Shown piece by piece: positions 39,904 to 48,990 of a DNA stretch of 64,000 nt (position 1 is the stretch's first letter; the number at the start of each line of letters is the position of its first letter). A program made the position numbers and the translations under genes. This DNA is from Herpetosiphon aurantiacus DSM 785 (GTDB lineage Bacteria; Chloroflexota; Chloroflexia; Chloroflexales; Herpetosiphonaceae), in NCBI GenBank assembly GCA_000018565.1, contig CP000875.1, positions 505,199-569,198 on the forward strand, read 5' to 3'. The notes beneath the pieces were generated by a model. That model saw only the letters and a list, made by a program, of their open reading frames with translations, was not told where the DNA came from and did not search any database.

Positions 39904-39965
39904 CATAAGCAACCCCGCCAAGCAGCCTAGTCGCTTGGCGGGGTTGCATTGTTTATCTGTAGTTT

Positions 39966-40412
39966 TTAGGCGCGGGCAGTGATTTGGCGGCCAGTCAAGC
40001 GTGGGCTGAGCAAGTTGTCAAGCGCCAATGAGCCTGAGCCAAGCAGCACCAAAGCCACGCTAGCAGCGATCAACGCCAACACATATTCGTAGCCACCTTC
40101 GCGTGATGAGAAGCCAGCATCCAAGTGCACGGTAACCAAAGCCACAACCATAGCGATTGCTTCAGCCACTGCAACATAACGAGTAAACAAGCCGAGCATC
40201 AACATAATCCCGCCGATCAATTCCGTTGCAATCAACAAAATTGCCATAAAGGTTGGCGCTGGAATTCCAAGGCTAGTCAAGAAGCCAGCGGTTCCCTCAA
40301 TCCCGCCATTGAATTTATCCAAACCGTGCATAAAGAAAATAAAACCAACGACAATCCGCAAAATGGCGATGCCAAAACCTGGCTTATCGAGTAATTTATT
40401 GATGCTTGCCAT
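39966..40412 (-). CDS. DoxX family membrane protein
   Basis: About 148 aa with 4 TM helices. The LRIVVGFIFFMHGLDKF region is typical of DoxX. RBS aggag. Confidence 0.75.
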   Translation of the reverse strand: MASINKLLDKPGFGIAILRIVVGFIFFMHGLDKFNGGIEGTAGFLTSLGIPAPTFMAILLIATELIGGIMLMLGLFTRYVAVAEAIAMVVALVTVHLDAGFSSREGGYEYVLALIAASVALVLLGSGSLALDNLLSPRLTGRQITARA

Positions 40413-40620
40413 GACCGTTTGCTCCTTTCAAGCAGTGGTTGATTAGACTGCGCTCACTATAAAGCTAGATAGTCCGAAACAACGTCCTTGCTCACGTCCC
40501 AAAGGTCAATAAAAGATTAATAAACGATGAAGTAGCGATGAAGATTGGGCAAAATGGTTAATTTTTTGCAGGTTAAATGCTAGTTTGAGCAGCTAAAATT
40601 CGCACGGCTTTAAATCAAAG

Positions 40621-40701
40621 CCCCTCGCCTGCCGCAGCGGGAGAGGGGTTGGGGTGAGGGGGCGTTAAAACCTACTCTTGCGAGAGGGGTTGGGGTGAGG
40701 G
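40621..40701. repeat. G-rich element, two right-half units (copy 4)
   Basis: cccctcgcctgccgcagcgggagaggggttggggtgaggg ... gagaggggttggggtgaggg. Confidence 0.75.
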
Positions 40702-40712
40702 CATTTCATTAT

Positions 40713-43043
40713 TTATTTGGCGGTTGCACTTTGGCGTTTGACGGCAACCTCAGTTTTGCGATGCTGCAAGTGCTCGGCAATCACATAAGAGCCAATCACA
40801 AATGCGCCAGCTGCAACTTGGGCCGCAATGCCTTCCCACGTCGCATAGAAACCCAGCCACATATTGGCCCAGTAGGGGATTTCGAGGCTACGAATTGGGT
40901 GCAGCGGCATCCAGCCAACCAACTGCATAATGTGCATGGTGTTGCCAACCATAATCAACAAGACCGCGCCAATCATCACCCCAGTCACGATCAGCATCTT
41001 CTTATGGGGCAATTTGGCTTGCAGTCCAAAGACCAGCACACCAACCAAGGCTGTGCCACCAAGCCCCATAGCCACGCCGGCTAACACCACTTGGGTGCTG
41101 GCTTCAAGCACGAGCGCTTGCAAAAAGAGCACAGTTTCAACGCCTTCACGGTAGATGCTGGTAAAGCCCAAGGTGATCAAACCGAGCCAAAGCCCAGCCT
41201 TGCCACCAATAATTCGGCGCTTTTGGGCATGAAAATTGGCCATCCAGCCAGTCCAGTAGACTTTGTGGAAAAACCAGTTGGTGATTAACAACAGCACGGC
41301 GATGGCAATTAATGAAACAATCGCTTCGATCTTTTCTTGATCGCCACGCCGAATCAGTTCGGTGATCAAGCCCCGCGCCAGCACCCACGTCAATACCGTT
41401 GCTAACATGGCGAGGGTTGCACCGATCCAAATTGGTTTGCGATAGCCACGTTGTTCGCCAATTTTGAGGCTTGCCAACAACGAAGCCAAAATTAACACCG
41501 CCTCTAAGCCTTCGCGAAACACAATCACGGCGGCGCTAGTTGCTACCGCTTCGGGCGTGCTAGAGCCGCCAAGCGCATCTTGGGCTAAATCCAATTGTTT
41601 ATCCAAGGCTTGGCGGCTAGCGCGAATATCGCTGAGCGAAGCTTTTTGGCGAATCAACTCAGCTAGGCCAGTAAATTCATCTTTGCCATACCAAAACAGG
41701 TTTTCAATTGGCGCTTTATATTCAGGAGCAAACACAATCAAACGCGCTTCTGGGCCAGATTCCAACACAGCGTAGGCTTCCAAACGGGCCGATTCGGCGA
41801 GATCATATTGGTCGCCAGCCACCGCATTTTCCATCTGATCAAGCATTGAAGCGATTACATCGAAATCGCCTTCGAGGCTGGATTTCTGCCACTCGGCGGG
41901 CATAATTTCGGCCAAGGTTGTGGTGATATGATCGACTTTGGCTTGAACCGCATCTGGCTCGGCCACACTCGTCCGTTGAGCTGCAGCGGTCAGCATCGTT
42001 TCCAGCTCGCGTAGATCGCTGGCGACTTGTTGAGTTTTGGTCGAATCAATTGCGATCAAAAGGCTTTCGAGGTCGCTAAAGGCAGCGGCTGCGCCATTGC
42101 GAAAGGTCGTTGCTTCTTGAATTTCGAGATCCAGCGTAACTTGGCCGTTGCGCACGCCTCGTTCATATTCTACTGGCACTAAGCTTAAGAAACGGCGCAT
42201 CTGGCCAGCGCGGCGTACTTGCTCCGATGGGCTAAGGGGAGCCGCCCGAAAACCGCTCAGCGAGCCTTCAAAGCTGCCGATTGCCGCTTCAAGCTGGTTG
42301 TTGCTGAGTGCTGCTTGACGTAAGTTTTCAGCATTAACCAAAGCTGCATCGACCTTCTCAGGGTGCTGGCTACGATAGGCTGGCTCTAAAATAGCAAAAT
42401 AGCCTTGAATCGCCGCACCAGCCTCAGCTTGTTGAATTAAATTGCCTTTTTGGGCAGCGCTGCGTAGAGTGCGCAAACTCTCGTTAAGCTTGGCCTGATA
42501 GGTATCCAACAAATCGGCATCAAGGGCAGTTCGCGCATCGGCGGCGCTGTAGGCTGCTTGTTTCCATTGCTCGATTGCCCGAGCAGCATCGCCGTTGGGG
42601 CGCGAAAAACGGGTGGCATTGCGAAATTCGCGAACGGGCAGCCATTGCAGTGCTTGCTCAGGTTTGCCAGTATCGATCGCTTGACCAACAATTCCATAAC
42701 TGGCCTTGAGCAAATGCGTCCAGAGCAAAGCCCGTTGTTGGGCAAATCCGGCCACATCTTGTTTTTCCAAGGCTTGGGCTAAATCGGTCCAACGTGTGGC
42801 GATTTCCGCTGCTTGTTGGGGCGCTAAATTGGTCAAATCTTTAGCCAAGGCCTGATCGTACAAGGCTTGGGCTTGGTTAAGCAGGCTTTGGGCTTGAGCA
42901 GGATCATTGGTGAGAATTAATTGGGCTTGCACCAGCAGCGAACGCACCGATTCGCTGGCTTGGGCTGGTGATGGTTCGGCTGCCATGGCCGACCATGGCA
43001 ATAAAGAGACGACCAACGCCAGCAAAAAACGACGCAACCACAT
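40713..43043 (-). CDS. FTR1-family high-affinity iron permease fused to a roughly 480-aa N-terminal periplasmic helical domain
   Basis: Signal peptide MWLRRFLLALVVSLLPWSAMAA. Two REGxE motifs (FREGLEAVL, YREGVETVL) in the C-terminal 7-TM region. RBS taggag. Confidence 0.8.
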   Translation of the reverse strand: MWLRRFLLALVVSLLPWSAMAAEPSPAQASESVRSLLVQAQLILTNDPAQAQSLLNQAQALYDQALAKDLTNLAPQQAAEIATRWTDLAQALEKQDVAGFAQQRALLWTHLLKASYGIVGQAIDTGKPEQALQWLPVREFRNATRFSRPNGDAARAIEQWKQAAYSAADARTALDADLLDTYQAKLNESLRTLRSAAQKGNLIQQAEAGAAIQGYFAILEPAYRSQHPEKVDAALVNAENLRQAALSNNQLEAAIGSFEGSLSGFRAAPLSPSEQVRRAGQMRRFLSLVPVEYERGVRNGQVTLDLEIQEATTFRNGAAAAFSDLESLLIAIDSTKTQQVASDLRELETMLTAAAQRTSVAEPDAVQAKVDHITTTLAEIMPAEWQKSSLEGDFDVIASMLDQMENAVAGDQYDLAESARLEAYAVLESGPEARLIVFAPEYKAPIENLFWYGKDEFTGLAELIRQKASLSDIRASRQALDKQLDLAQDALGGSSTPEAVATSAAVIVFREGLEAVLILASLLASLKIGEQRGYRKPIWIGATLAMLATVLTWVLARGLITELIRRGDQEKIEAIVSLIAIAVLLLITNWFFHKVYWTGWMANFHAQKRRIIGGKAGLWLGLITLGFTSIYREGVETVLFLQALVLEASTQVVLAGVAMGLGGTALVGVLVFGLQAKLPHKKMLIVTGVMIGAVLLIMVGNTMHIMQLVGWMPLHPIRSLEIPYWANMWLGFYATWEGIAAQVAAGAFVIGSYVIAEHLQHRKTEVAVKRQSATAK

Positions 43044-43313
43044 ACAAGCTCCTAAAAATGTGATTTGCTGCTGCTCACGTTGGGCAACAGCATAGTAAAC
43101 CGACAAAGGACGTGACCTGCATGCCAACAGTTCACGCCCTTTGCTCCTTAAGTTGCTTGATGGAGGGACGCACACCCAGCTCCATCAACCTTGCTCTGTC
43201 GCAACTTCTTGCTCATTGATAGCATAGATATACCTGTGGTGTAGCCAGCATATCTATTGTACGAGGATTTGTTAATCCGTTCGCGAACCTATTTTATACT
43301 GAGAATAAGCAGC

Positions 43314-44390
43314 TTATTCGCTGATTTTAATATTCAAACGAGCAGCAATTTGGCTGACTTGACCTGTAATTGCATCAGCACGATTTTGGGCTTCAGCACC
43401 AAGCAAATCGGATTCTTCAGCCGTAAAGTGTTGGCCAGCTTGTTCTTTTTTATAGACATCGGCCACAAAATCGCGTAATGCTTGCAAATTGGTTTTGATT
43501 TGGCGATCTTGGTCGGCATCGAGCGCGGCAACTTTAGGGCTGAGGCTATCGTACACCACCTGCAAACTGCCCAAAATATCGCCAATATCGGCCAATCGTG
43601 AGATAGCCACAAAATCGCGTTGGGTGCTGCTATCGCCAGCCACAAAGCGTGAGTTCTTCCATGAATCGAAATATTCGTTCATGGTTGGCACCATCACGAC
43701 CAAGGCGCTAAATGCATCGGTGTCGGTTGGTTCCCAAGCCTTGGCAGCGGTATCAAGCTCGGTTGCAGTGGCTTTGAGCTTTTGGGCAGCGGCCAACAGC
43801 ACATTGGCTTCGGGCAACGATTCGCCAAATTCTACCGTGCCGTTGCCATTGATATCAGCTTCAACATCGGTAACGCGGAAGGCATCGTAAGTGCCCCAGA
43901 GCGTGCTTTCGGTTACGCCAAACAAATTACCAGGTTTGGCAATCGTGCGGCCATCAGCTAACGTCAAATCATAATTGACCACGCTATCGCCGCCTTCTTC
44001 TGCCGAAGCACCAGCATCAAGCGTCACATCGAAATCGGCCAAACTGCTTACGCCTGCAACGATCCCTTCCATTTGCTCGTAGGTAGGGCTGGATTTCAAC
44101 CAAGCGGCTTTGGCATCGTTTAATGCAGTGCCAACCTCGGCTTGTTTGCTACTCCAGAGGGTCGCATAATCAAAATTGGCAGCTTTCGCCAAATCATAAT
44201 AACGCTGACTTGCGGTCTCCAAAGCGGTGCTGCTATTGATCAAATCGCCAGTTTTGCCCAAAAGATAGGTCTTGATTGCCCCAAGTTCGCCAGCAGCAGG
44301 TGCTTGGGTCGGTTGAGTGGTAGGAGCAGTTTCAGCGCCACAGCCAGCGAGAACTGCCACAAGGGTTAATGCACAAAGCCAACGATACAT
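43314..44390 (-). CDS. Lipoprotein partner of the FTR1 permease (possibly EfeO/imelysin-like)
   Basis: Lipobox LAGC. All-helical Ala/Asp/Glu-rich protein. Same operon as the FTR1 gene. Confidence 0.5.
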   Translation of the reverse strand: MYRWLCALTLVAVLAGCGAETAPTTQPTQAPAAGELGAIKTYLLGKTGDLINSSTALETASQRYYDLAKAANFDYATLWSSKQAEVGTALNDAKAAWLKSSPTYEQMEGIVAGVSSLADFDVTLDAGASAEEGGDSVVNYDLTLADGRTIAKPGNLFGVTESTLWGTYDAFRVTDVEADINGNGTVEFGESLPEANVLLAAAQKLKATATELDTAAKAWEPTDTDAFSALVVMVPTMNEYFDSWKNSRFVAGDSSTQRDFVAISRLADIGDILGSLQVVYDSLSPKVAALDADQDRQIKTNLQALRDFVADVYKKEQAGQHFTAEESDLLGAEAQNRADAITGQVSQIAARLNIKISE

Positions 44391-44501
44391 GAGCCAGAAA
44401 CCTCCAAATGCCAAAGCTTGTAGTTAAATCGGTTAATACTGAAAAAACAGTTTTTATTGCGATTGGCAGAGTATACGTCGCGCTAATACTTCTGTCAAAC
44501 G

Positions 44502-44512
44502 AGAATGATTCT
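44502..44512. promoter_or_regulatory. Fur-box-like palindrome AGAATGATTCT upstream of the iron-uptake operon
   Basis: Perfect 5-1-5 palindrome resembling the GATAATGATAATCATTATC core. About 110 nt upstream of the lipoprotein start. Confidence 0.3.
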
Positions 44513-44621
44513 TAGATTTAGCTGATTAAATGGGGTTAAATACGCTTCAAGCTATCGGCTAGACAATGGTACAATTTGTGATAATACAGCGCTGTTAACA
44601 ATAGTATAGATGCCCTCACCC

Positions 44622-44723
44622 CCTAGCCCCCTAGCCCGCCGAGCGAGCGAGGGGGAACCACTAAGTGAAACGCCCCTCGCCCGCCGCAGTGGGAGAGGGG
44701 TTGGGGTGAGGGCAGGCACTACA
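44622..44723. repeat. G-rich palindromic element (copy 5)
   Basis: gccctcaccccctagccccctagcccgccgagcgagcgagggggaac ... cccctcgcccgccgcagtgggagaggggttggggtgaggg. Confidence 0.8.
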
Positions 44724-44788
44724 TTGCAAACCGAATAAACTATTATCCATACGCTGTAGCTATTCTAGTTTGAGAAAGGAACAATTGA

Positions 44789-46087
44789 ATGCTAAGTGAC
44801 ATAGCCAGCGAGCTAGGAATTGTCTTGGTATTGCTGGTTGCCAACGGGGTTTTTGCTGCATCGGAGCTAGCCATGGTTTCGGCGCGGCGTTCTCGCTTAG
44901 AACAACAAGCCGCCGATGGCGATCTTCGGGCAAAGAAAGCCCTGCAACTCGCCGACCAACCTGATCGTTTATTAGCCACGGTTCAAGTTGGCATCACATT
45001 AATTGGTACGTTTGCAGCAGCTTTTGGGGGTGCTAACATTAGCAAGCCCTTTGCCGAATACCTAAAAACGGTTCCTGCGCTCGCTCCCTATGCCGATTCA
45101 ATTGCATTTACGGTGGTTGTATTGCTCATCACCTATCTTTCGTTGATTATTGGTGAGCTTGTGCCCAAACGCTTAGCATTGCTGCATGCCGATGCGATTG
45201 CCCGTAATTTAGCGCCGCTGCTGGCTTGGCTTTCGTGGCTAACCCGGCCAATTGTCTGGGTCTTGACCACCTCATCGACAGTGATTCTGACGTTAATTGG
45301 CCAAAACAAAAAACCCGATTCTAGCGTAACCGAAGATGATATTTTGTATATGACTCGCGAAGGTCGGGCTGGCGGCACGGTCGCCTTGCACGAAGAGGCC
45401 TTGATCTCACGGGTATTTGATTTTTCGGATCGTACAGCCCGCATGTTGATGACCCCACGGCCTGATGTTGTAGCGGTCAGTGCTAACACTCCCTTGGACG
45501 AAATTACGCGGATTGCGGTTGAACATGGCTATTCACGCATGCCAGTTTACGAAGGTGATTCGCTAGATCGAGCAATTGGGACGATCTATATTAAAGATGT
45601 GTTGCCTTCAATGTTGGGCAACGATCAACGCCAATTGCGTGAATTGGTGCGCCCGCCAACGTATGTATTGGAGCACGAACCAGTTTCCAAGATGTTGACC
45701 CTGTTTCGGCGCACTGGCTCACACATGGCCTTGGTTGTCGATGAATATGGCCAAATTGCTGGAATTTTAACCCTCGAAGATGTGCTTGAAGAATTGGTTG
45801 GCGATATTCGCGATGAATATGACTCCAACGAAGAACAAACCATGGTCAAACGTGATGATGGCTCATGGCTGATCGACGGCTCGGAATCATACGAAGTGAT
45901 TGCAACCCGCTTGAGTATTCCAATTAATGATGATAACGACTTTGTGACGATTGCTGGCTATGTGTTGAACGAACTGCATCGGTTGCCCAACGTTGGCGAT
46001 CATGTAACTTGGGATGAATACGATGTCGAAGTGATCGATATGGATGGTCGGCGGATTGATAAGGTGTTGATCAAAAAACGCGCCTAA
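44789..46087 (+). CDS. CNNM/HlyC-CorC family transporter (DUF21 + CBS pair + CorC_HlyC)
   Basis: N-terminal 4-TM DUF21, CBS domains, then the C-terminal CorC domain. RBS aaagga. Confidence 0.85.
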   Translation: MLSDIASELGIVLVLLVANGVFAASELAMVSARRSRLEQQAADGDLRAKKALQLADQPDRLLATVQVGITLIGTFAAAFGGANISKPFAEYLKTVPALAPYADSIAFTVVVLLITYLSLIIGELVPKRLALLHADAIARNLAPLLAWLSWLTRPIVWVLTTSSTVILTLIGQNKKPDSSVTEDDILYMTREGRAGGTVALHEEALISRVFDFSDRTARMLMTPRPDVVAVSANTPLDEITRIAVEHGYSRMPVYEGDSLDRAIGTIYIKDVLPSMLGNDQRQLRELVRPPTYVLEHEPVSKMLTLFRRTGSHMALVVDEYGQIAGILTLEDVLEELVGDIRDEYDSNEEQTMVKRDDGSWLIDGSESYEVIATRLSIPINDDNDFVTIAGYVLNELHRLPNVGDHVTWDEYDVEVIDMDGRRIDKVLIKKRA

Positions 46088-46168
46088 ACTGCTGAATCGA
46101 CAATCGAGCAATGACGAAGCTCCTTGGAGTTTCGTCATTGTTGTTAATCGGCCTAGATTTGAGGTGTT

Positions 46169-46759
46169 ATGCTTGATTTAGCCAGTGCTTTAGCCCAATT
46201 TCCCATATTAGAAACCGAGCGTTTAGTATTACGCCAGCCAGTGCAGGCTGATCGGGACGCAGTTTTTGCGATTATGGCTGATCCGCAGGTGTTGCGCTAT
46301 TTTGGCCAATTGCCAATGGAATCACCAGAGCAAGCTGAACGGCGTTTGCACAACATCAGCCAATCATTTGAGCAAAAAATTGGCGTGCGCTGGGCGATAA
46401 CCCTGCGTGAAACTGGTGAATGGCTTGGCTCGGGTGGTTTTTGGCGTTTTATGAACGAGCATGCCCGAGCCGAAATTGGCTACGAATTGGCCGCAGCGTG
46501 GTGGGGCAAAGGTATTATGGTCGAGGCGTTGCAAGCCATGCTGCAATTTGGCTTTACAACCCTCAAATTGCATAGCATCGAGGCGCAGATTCATCCACTT
46601 AATCATGGTTCGCGGCGGGTGCTCGAAAAACTTGGCTTTCACCAAGAAGGGCTGCTGCGCGAAAACTACTTCGATTTAGTTGAGCAACGCTTTACCGATA
46701 CCGCAGTGTTTGGCTTGCTAGGGGCTGATTGGCGCTTACAGCATGGTTTAAAAGATTAA
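46169..46759 (+). CDS. GNAT family N-acetyltransferase (RimJ/RimL-like)
   Basis: Acetyl-CoA binding region WWGKGIMVEAL. Confidence 0.8.
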   Translation: MLDLASALAQFPILETERLVLRQPVQADRDAVFAIMADPQVLRYFGQLPMESPEQAERRLHNISQSFEQKIGVRWAITLRETGEWLGSGGFWRFMNEHARAEIGYELAAAWWGKGIMVEALQAMLQFGFTTLKLHSIEAQIHPLNHGSRRVLEKLGFHQEGLLRENYFDLVEQRFTDTAVFGLLGADWRLQHGLKD

Positions 46760-46841
46760 GCTCAGTTAAACCAAAGCTTTGACTTTTTATCTCCGCTACG
46801 GTAGCATAACCTGCGATTGAAACCCATGGAGGTTCTTACAG

Positions 46842-47072
46842 ATGCGCAAACAAATTTTGGCTAGTCTCTTAGTTTTGGCAATCTTGGCTGGTTGTTCAAC
46901 CACAGGTTCGGCTCCAACCACCGCTCCGGTGGTCAGCCAACCAACCAGTGCTGCTCCAGCGGCAACTCCAGCAACCTACCCAACCCCAGCCGAGGGCAAT
47001 GTGGTCGTCGAACCAACCTTGGAGCCAGCCCAATACCCAGTGCCACAAGCCTATCCGGCTCCAACTCCCTAG
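46842..47072 (+). CDS. Small Pro/Thr/Ala-rich lipoprotein (76 aa)
   Basis: Lipobox LAGC after the signal peptide MRKQILASLLVLAILAGC. Followed by a strong terminator. Confidence 0.5.
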   Translation: MRKQILASLLVLAILAGCSTTGSAPTTAPVVSQPTSAAPAATPATYPTPAEGNVVVEPTLEPAQYPVPQAYPAPTP

Positions 47073-47127
47073 GTTGCACGGGCTTGGTGGTAGTGATATA
47101 CTGTAACCAGAATGAAGTACACAGACC

Positions 47128-47160
47128 GAAACGTGGGTGTCCCCCACGTTTCTTCTTGTC
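47128..47160 (+). terminator. Rho-independent terminator (gaaacgtggg-tgtcc-cccacgtttc + TTCTTG)
   Basis: 10-bp perfect stem followed by a T-rich tract. Confidence 0.65.
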
Positions 47161-47247
47161 AGCAATGTTAACCAACGCAGGGTGGCTCGATCAAAGCAGG
47201 TATTATGCTGATGCCTGACCCACTGCACCCCCTAAGCGAGGCTAGAT

Positions 47248-48582
47248 ATGAAAAGTGATTTTTACGCAGCTATTTCACAGATTGCCGCTGAACGTGGCAT
47301 TCCCCGCGAGTCGGTGCAGGATGTTGTCGAACAAGCCTTAATTTCTGCCTATCGGCGCTATTTGGGCAGTAATCCACCACCAGTTGACGTTAAGATTGAA
47401 TTAGAGCCAAATACTGGGCGGATTCGGGTTTACGCTGAAAAGCAAGTCGTCGATGAAGTGATGGATGATCGCTTCGAAATCGATATTGAAGATGCCCGTA
47501 ACGTTCGCGCCGATGTTGAAATTGGCGAAACGGTTTATGTGGAAAGCACGCCCGACGATTTTGGGCGGATTGCCGCCCAAACCGCCAAACAGGTGGTATT
47601 GCAACGGATCAAAGAAGTTGAACGCGACCATATCTATGGCGAATACTTTGATCGCGAAGGCGAAATTGTCACTGCCACCGTGCAGCGCACCGCCAAAGGC
47701 AACGTAATTTTAGAAGTTGGGCGAGCCGAAGCGATTTTGCCCCAAAAAGAGCAAATTAGCCACGACAACTATCGCCATGGCCAACGCCTCAAAGTCTATT
47801 TGATGGAAGCTCGCCGTGATGATCCGCGTGGCCCGCGCTTGGTCGCCTCGCGCACCCACAAAGATTTGATCAAACGCTTATTTGAAATGGAAGTGCCCGA
47901 AATCTACAACGGCACGGTTGAAATTAAATCGATCGCCCGTGAACCAGGTTTACGCTCGAAAGTCGCCGTCCATGCCCGTCAAGAAGGCATCGATCCGGTT
48001 GGCTCGTGCGTGGGGATGCGCGGGATTCGGATTCAAAATATTGTGAATGAACTGAACGGCGAGAAAATCGACGTGGTGCAATGGGGTGCTGATATGCGGG
48101 TATTTATTGCCAACGCCCTCAGCCCAGCCCAAGTCGTCGAAGTTCATCTTGATGAAGGCGAAAAAACGGCCACGGTGGTCGTGCCAGATAAACAATTGTC
48201 GTTGGCAATTGGCAAGGAGGGCCAAAACGTTCGTTTGGCAGCCAAACTGGTTGGCTGGCGCATCGACATCAAGAGCGCATCTTCACTCTTAGAGGAAGAA
48301 CGGGCTGCTGCTGAAGCGCGTGAGGCTGCCGCGTCGGAACAAATGCTGCAAGAAGCAGCGCTCTCAACCGCCAAAGTTGAAACCCGCAAGGTGCGGGTCG
48401 ATTCCTTGGTCACCTATCAAGGGCGACAATATGGCCCCTTGCCAGTTGAACTAATTGGCGAAGAAGTAGCGTTGCGAGCCGCCGCCCAAAAACTCAATAT
48501 TTATTTCAATGACAAGCTGATTGCTAGCTATATCATCGATGATGAGGCTGGTGACAGCGACGAGACGGATACCGAGGCATAG
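47248..48582 (+). CDS. nusA: Transcription termination/antitermination factor NusA
   Basis: N-terminal domain, S1 and two KH domains. The conserved nusA-ylxR-infB-rbfA gene order follows. Confidence 0.95.
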   Translation: MKSDFYAAISQIAAERGIPRESVQDVVEQALISAYRRYLGSNPPPVDVKIELEPNTGRIRVYAEKQVVDEVMDDRFEIDIEDARNVRADVEIGETVYVESTPDDFGRIAAQTAKQVVLQRIKEVERDHIYGEYFDREGEIVTATVQRTAKGNVILEVGRAEAILPQKEQISHDNYRHGQRLKVYLMEARRDDPRGPRLVASRTHKDLIKRLFEMEVPEIYNGTVEIKSIAREPGLRSKVAVHARQEGIDPVGSCVGMRGIRIQNIVNELNGEKIDVVQWGADMRVFIANALSPAQVVEVHLDEGEKTATVVVPDKQLSLAIGKEGQNVRLAAKLVGWRIDIKSASSLLEEERAAAEAREAAASEQMLQEAALSTAKVETRKVRVDSLVTYQGRQYGPLPVELIGEEVALRAAAQKLNIYFNDKLIASYIIDDEAGDSDETDTEA

Positions 48583-48585
48583 CCT

Positions 48586-48909
48586 ATGGCTGCTCAAAAG
48601 CAGTCGCCGCGCCCACGCCATGTGCCACAGCGCATGTGTGTTGCTTGTCGGCGTACCGAGAGTAAACGTCAGTTGGTACGTCTTGTGCGCTTGGCCGACC
48701 AAAGTGTTGTGGTCGATCCAAGCGGCAAGCAAGCGGGCCGTGGTGCATATCTCTGTGCTGAACGCCCATGTTGGACGAATGCGCTGAAACGCGGGGCTTT
48801 AGAACGAGCCTTGCGCGTTGAATTGAGCGCGATTGATCAGCAGGCACTCCAAACGATTGCTGATCAATTTCCCGATGCTGAACCAGCGGTGGAGGCTGCG
48901 ATGAACTAA
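48586..48909 (+). CDS. YlxR/RnpM family (DUF448) protein
   Basis: RMCVACR motif. Sits between nusA and infB. Confidence 0.85.
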   Translation: MAAQKQSPRPRHVPQRMCVACRRTESKRQLVRLVRLADQSVVVDPSGKQAGRGAYLCAERPCWTNALKRGALERALRVELSAIDQQALQTIADQFPDAEPAVEAAMN

Positions 48910-48990
48910 GCCGCATCACTGCCTTCGCCTCTGGCTTCGGCTTCCCAAACCTCAACACCCCCTTGGTGTTGGGTATTAGGAGGACCATAG

